NCBI GenBank assembly: GCA_964438505.1
Contig: CAYTKN010000014.1
Location: 5,041 to 69,040, forward strand
Direction of reading: 5' to 3'
Length of the DNA: 64,000 nt
DNA from: an uncultured Burkholderiales bacterium
GTDB taxonomy: Bacteria; Actinomycetota; Acidimicrobiia; IMCC26256; JACPCJ01
In this document: positions 62,472 through 64,000 of the stretch, piece after piece
Layout of the letters: every line of letters begins with the position of its first letter
How positions within the stretch are numbered: the first letter of the stretch is position 1
Notes under the pieces: generated by a model
What the model saw: the letters and a program-made list of their open reading frames with translations, nothing else
What the model was told of the DNA's origin: nothing
The model's database searches: none
Program-made: the position numbers and the translations under genes

Positions 62472-63784
62472 GGGTCGTGGCGGAGGCGTCCCGCCGGGAC
62501 CGGGGGCTCGACGGGCACCCAGTCGTGCGGGCCGGGCACCGCCACGAGGGCCCCGTCGTCCCACCGCCACGGGCTCACGCCGGCGCCGCGGGCGAGGAGC
62601 CGGCCGTCGCGGTCGCGCGCGAGCGACACCCCCGGGAGCGGCACCGTCACAGCGCCACCCGCAGTGTCTCCCGCATGGTCTGTCGCACGGTCGCTCGCAC
62701 GGTCCCTGCGAGCGCCAGTGTCGGCGGCAGTACCAGCAGCAGTGCCGGCGGGAGTGTCCGCGGCAGTGTCGGCGGTCGTGTCGAGCGGGCGGGTGATGCC
62801 GAGACCGCCGGCGGCGTGGACGGAGACCACGAGGTCGGCGACCTGCACCCCCTCCGCGGCCAGGCGGCGCAGCAGCCCGCCGTCGGCGCCCACGGCCAGG
62901 GGCGCCGGGCATCGGTCGAGGCCGAGCTCGTGGGCGAGGCGGGCACCCATGGTGGCGCGGAGCAGGCGGGAGTGGGGCCGGCGCCGGTAGGCGGCGAGCA
63001 GCCCGGGCGGCGCGCCGACGTCGGTGACGGCCGACGCGACCTGCGCGACCCGCGCCCAGGCCTCCCGCTCCCCCACCACCACCTCGGGGCGGGTGGCACG
63101 CAGCGATGCCACGACGTCCGAGGCGGTCCTGCCAGCCCCAGCCCTGCCGGAGCCAGCCGTGCCGGAAGCAGCGCTGTCGGGCGTGGCAGCAGCCATCTCG
63201 AGCGAGCCTCCGAGGAGGGGGTGCAACGCCAGCGCGACGAGGAGCCCGGGCCGGGCGCCGAGCGGCACCCCGCACCACACCGCCGACGCGTCTCCGGCGC
63301 CGAGCCACTGGAGCAGGGAGCGGGCGGCGTCGGCGACGTCGCCGTGGCGGATGACGACGGGTAGCTCACCCGGCACGGCGCGGAGGAAGGCGGGATCGGG
63401 GGGCGTCACGGCGGAGGCGAGGACCTCGAAGTGGTCGGGGTGGTCGGCGTCGACCCGGCGCCCGAGCTCCTCGAGGTGCTCCGCGTCGGCGGCGCGCACG
63501 GTCTCCTCTGCGAGTCCAGGGGAATCGCCGGAAGCATCGCGGGGGGAATCGCCGCGGGAATCGCTGGGGGCGTCGACGACGATGCCGCCGGCGGCGAGGA
63601 CGGCGCGGAGGAGGTCGAGGTGCTGCTGCGGGTCCGCGGCGTCGACCTCCACGGGGGTGCCCGGCTCGAGCCCGGTCTCGGCGAGGCCGACGGCGAGGGC
63701 GCGGACGCCGAGGCCGTCGAGACCGGGGACGCGGGTGTGGACGGCCCGCCGGAAGGCCTCGACGACGGTCGCGGGCCCGCTCAC
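62459..63784 (-). CDS. Degenerate adenylate-forming (ANL/acyl-CoA synthetase-like) protein
   Basis: Overall order resembles AMP-binding enzymes (..VVIRHGDV..WCGVPL..HPLLGG..), but the Ser/Thr/Gly P-loop is absent and low-complexity inserts are present. Assignment is tentative. Confidence 0.5.
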   Translation of the reverse strand: MSGPATVVEAFRRAVHTRVPGLDGLGVRALAVGLAETGLEPGTPVEVDAADPQQHLDLLRAVLAAGGIVVDAPSDSRGDSPRDASGDSPGLAEETVRAADAEHLEELGRRVDADHPDHFEVLASAVTPPDPAFLRAVPGELPVVIRHGDVADAARSLLQWLGAGDASAVWCGVPLGARPGLLVALALHPLLGGSLEMAAATPDSAASGTAGSGRAGAGRTASDVVASLRATRPEVVVGEREAWARVAQVASAVTDVGAPPGLLAAYRRRPHSRLLRATMGARLAHELGLDRCPAPLAVGADGGLLRRLAAEGVQVADLVVSVHAAGGLGITRPLDTTADTAADTPAGTAAGTAADTGARRDRASDRATDHAGDTAGGAVTVPLPGVSLARDRDGRLLARGAGVSPWRWDDGALVAVPGPHDWVPVEPPVPAGRLRHDPSVE

Positions 63785-63800
63785 GGGCCTGTCCCGCTCG

Positions 63801-64000
63801 TCACGGGTCGAGGCGCTCGAGCACGTCGAGGTCGCCGGCGGCGAGCGGCGCGAGGCGTGCGGCGAGGTGGTCGTACGCGAACCGTTCGACGGCCCGGCGC
63901 CGCGCGGCCTCGCCCATGGCGCGGCGGAGCCGGTCGTGGGGGAGCCGCACGCCGAGATGGTCGGTGACGGCGGCGACGTGGCGGGGCGAGTCGGCGTAGC
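63801..64000 (-). CDS. C-terminal end of a GT4-like glycosyltransferase; 5' part lies outside the window
   Basis: Minus-strand frame ending TGA at 63803-63801 reads ..RLRRAMGEAARRRAVERFAYDHLAARLAPLAAGDLDVLERLDP, a typical GT4 C-terminus. It is not in the ORF track because no start lies in the window. Confidence 0.55.
   Translation of the reverse strand, partial: YADSPRHVAAVTDHLGVRLPHDRLRRAMGEAARRRAVERFAYDHLAARLAPLAAGDLDVLERLDP

Overview
Very GC-rich chromosomal core segment. Third codon positions are almost uniformly G/C, so long spurious antisense ORFs are everywhere. Gene content and order look like a high-GC actinobacterium (phylum-level guess from synteny only). The centre is a complete, extremely compact division/cell-wall (dcw) cluster on the minus strand: mraZ-rsmH-ftsL-ftsI-murE-murF-mraY-murD-ftsW-murG-murC-murB-ftsQ-ftsZ, then pgeF-yggS-sepF-yggT-divIVA. 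Many junctions are 4-nt GTGA/ATGA overlaps. Left of it lie a repeat-containing membrane protein, ileS (+), a DUF167 protein, a DksA/TraR zinc-finger protein with a long Lys-rich tail, lspA, an RluD-type pseudouridine synthase, an Rrf2 regulator, an alkaline-phosphatase-family protein, a NUDIX hydrolase, dnaE, two lipoproteins and a truncated YyaL-like gene. Right of mraZ lie an HNH endonuclease, a MoxR-DUF58-transglutaminase trio, MerR, DUF3040, a translationally coupled NUDIX-dinB pair, Ppm1-like GT2, PIG-L deacetylase, 2-hydroxyacid dehydrogenase, tesB, pfkA, glpK, plsC, TetR, an aminotransferase and a HAD hydrolase. At 56.7-62.4 kb there is a co-directional string containing an SRPBCC protein, an ArsA/Get3-like ATPase with an HSP20-like tail, a small Cys/His protein and an eRF1/Pelota-like protein. 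This string is my best candidate for an uncharacterised system. I saw no rRNA, tRNA, CRISPR, transposase or integrase. Other points worth a second look: the mraZ-rsmH spacer looks coding but has no start codon; there is a phased GTGG repeat array (putative MraZ operator) over a consensus promoter; a 169-bp segment occurs twice, apparently identically, inside a membrane-protein gene; and short tandem repeats are unusually dense (units of 9-24 bp in frame inside gene ends, 11-13 bp in intergenic DNA). All calls rest on reading the translated ORF track and the sequence. No database search was possible. Start codons marked uncertain should be treated as such.
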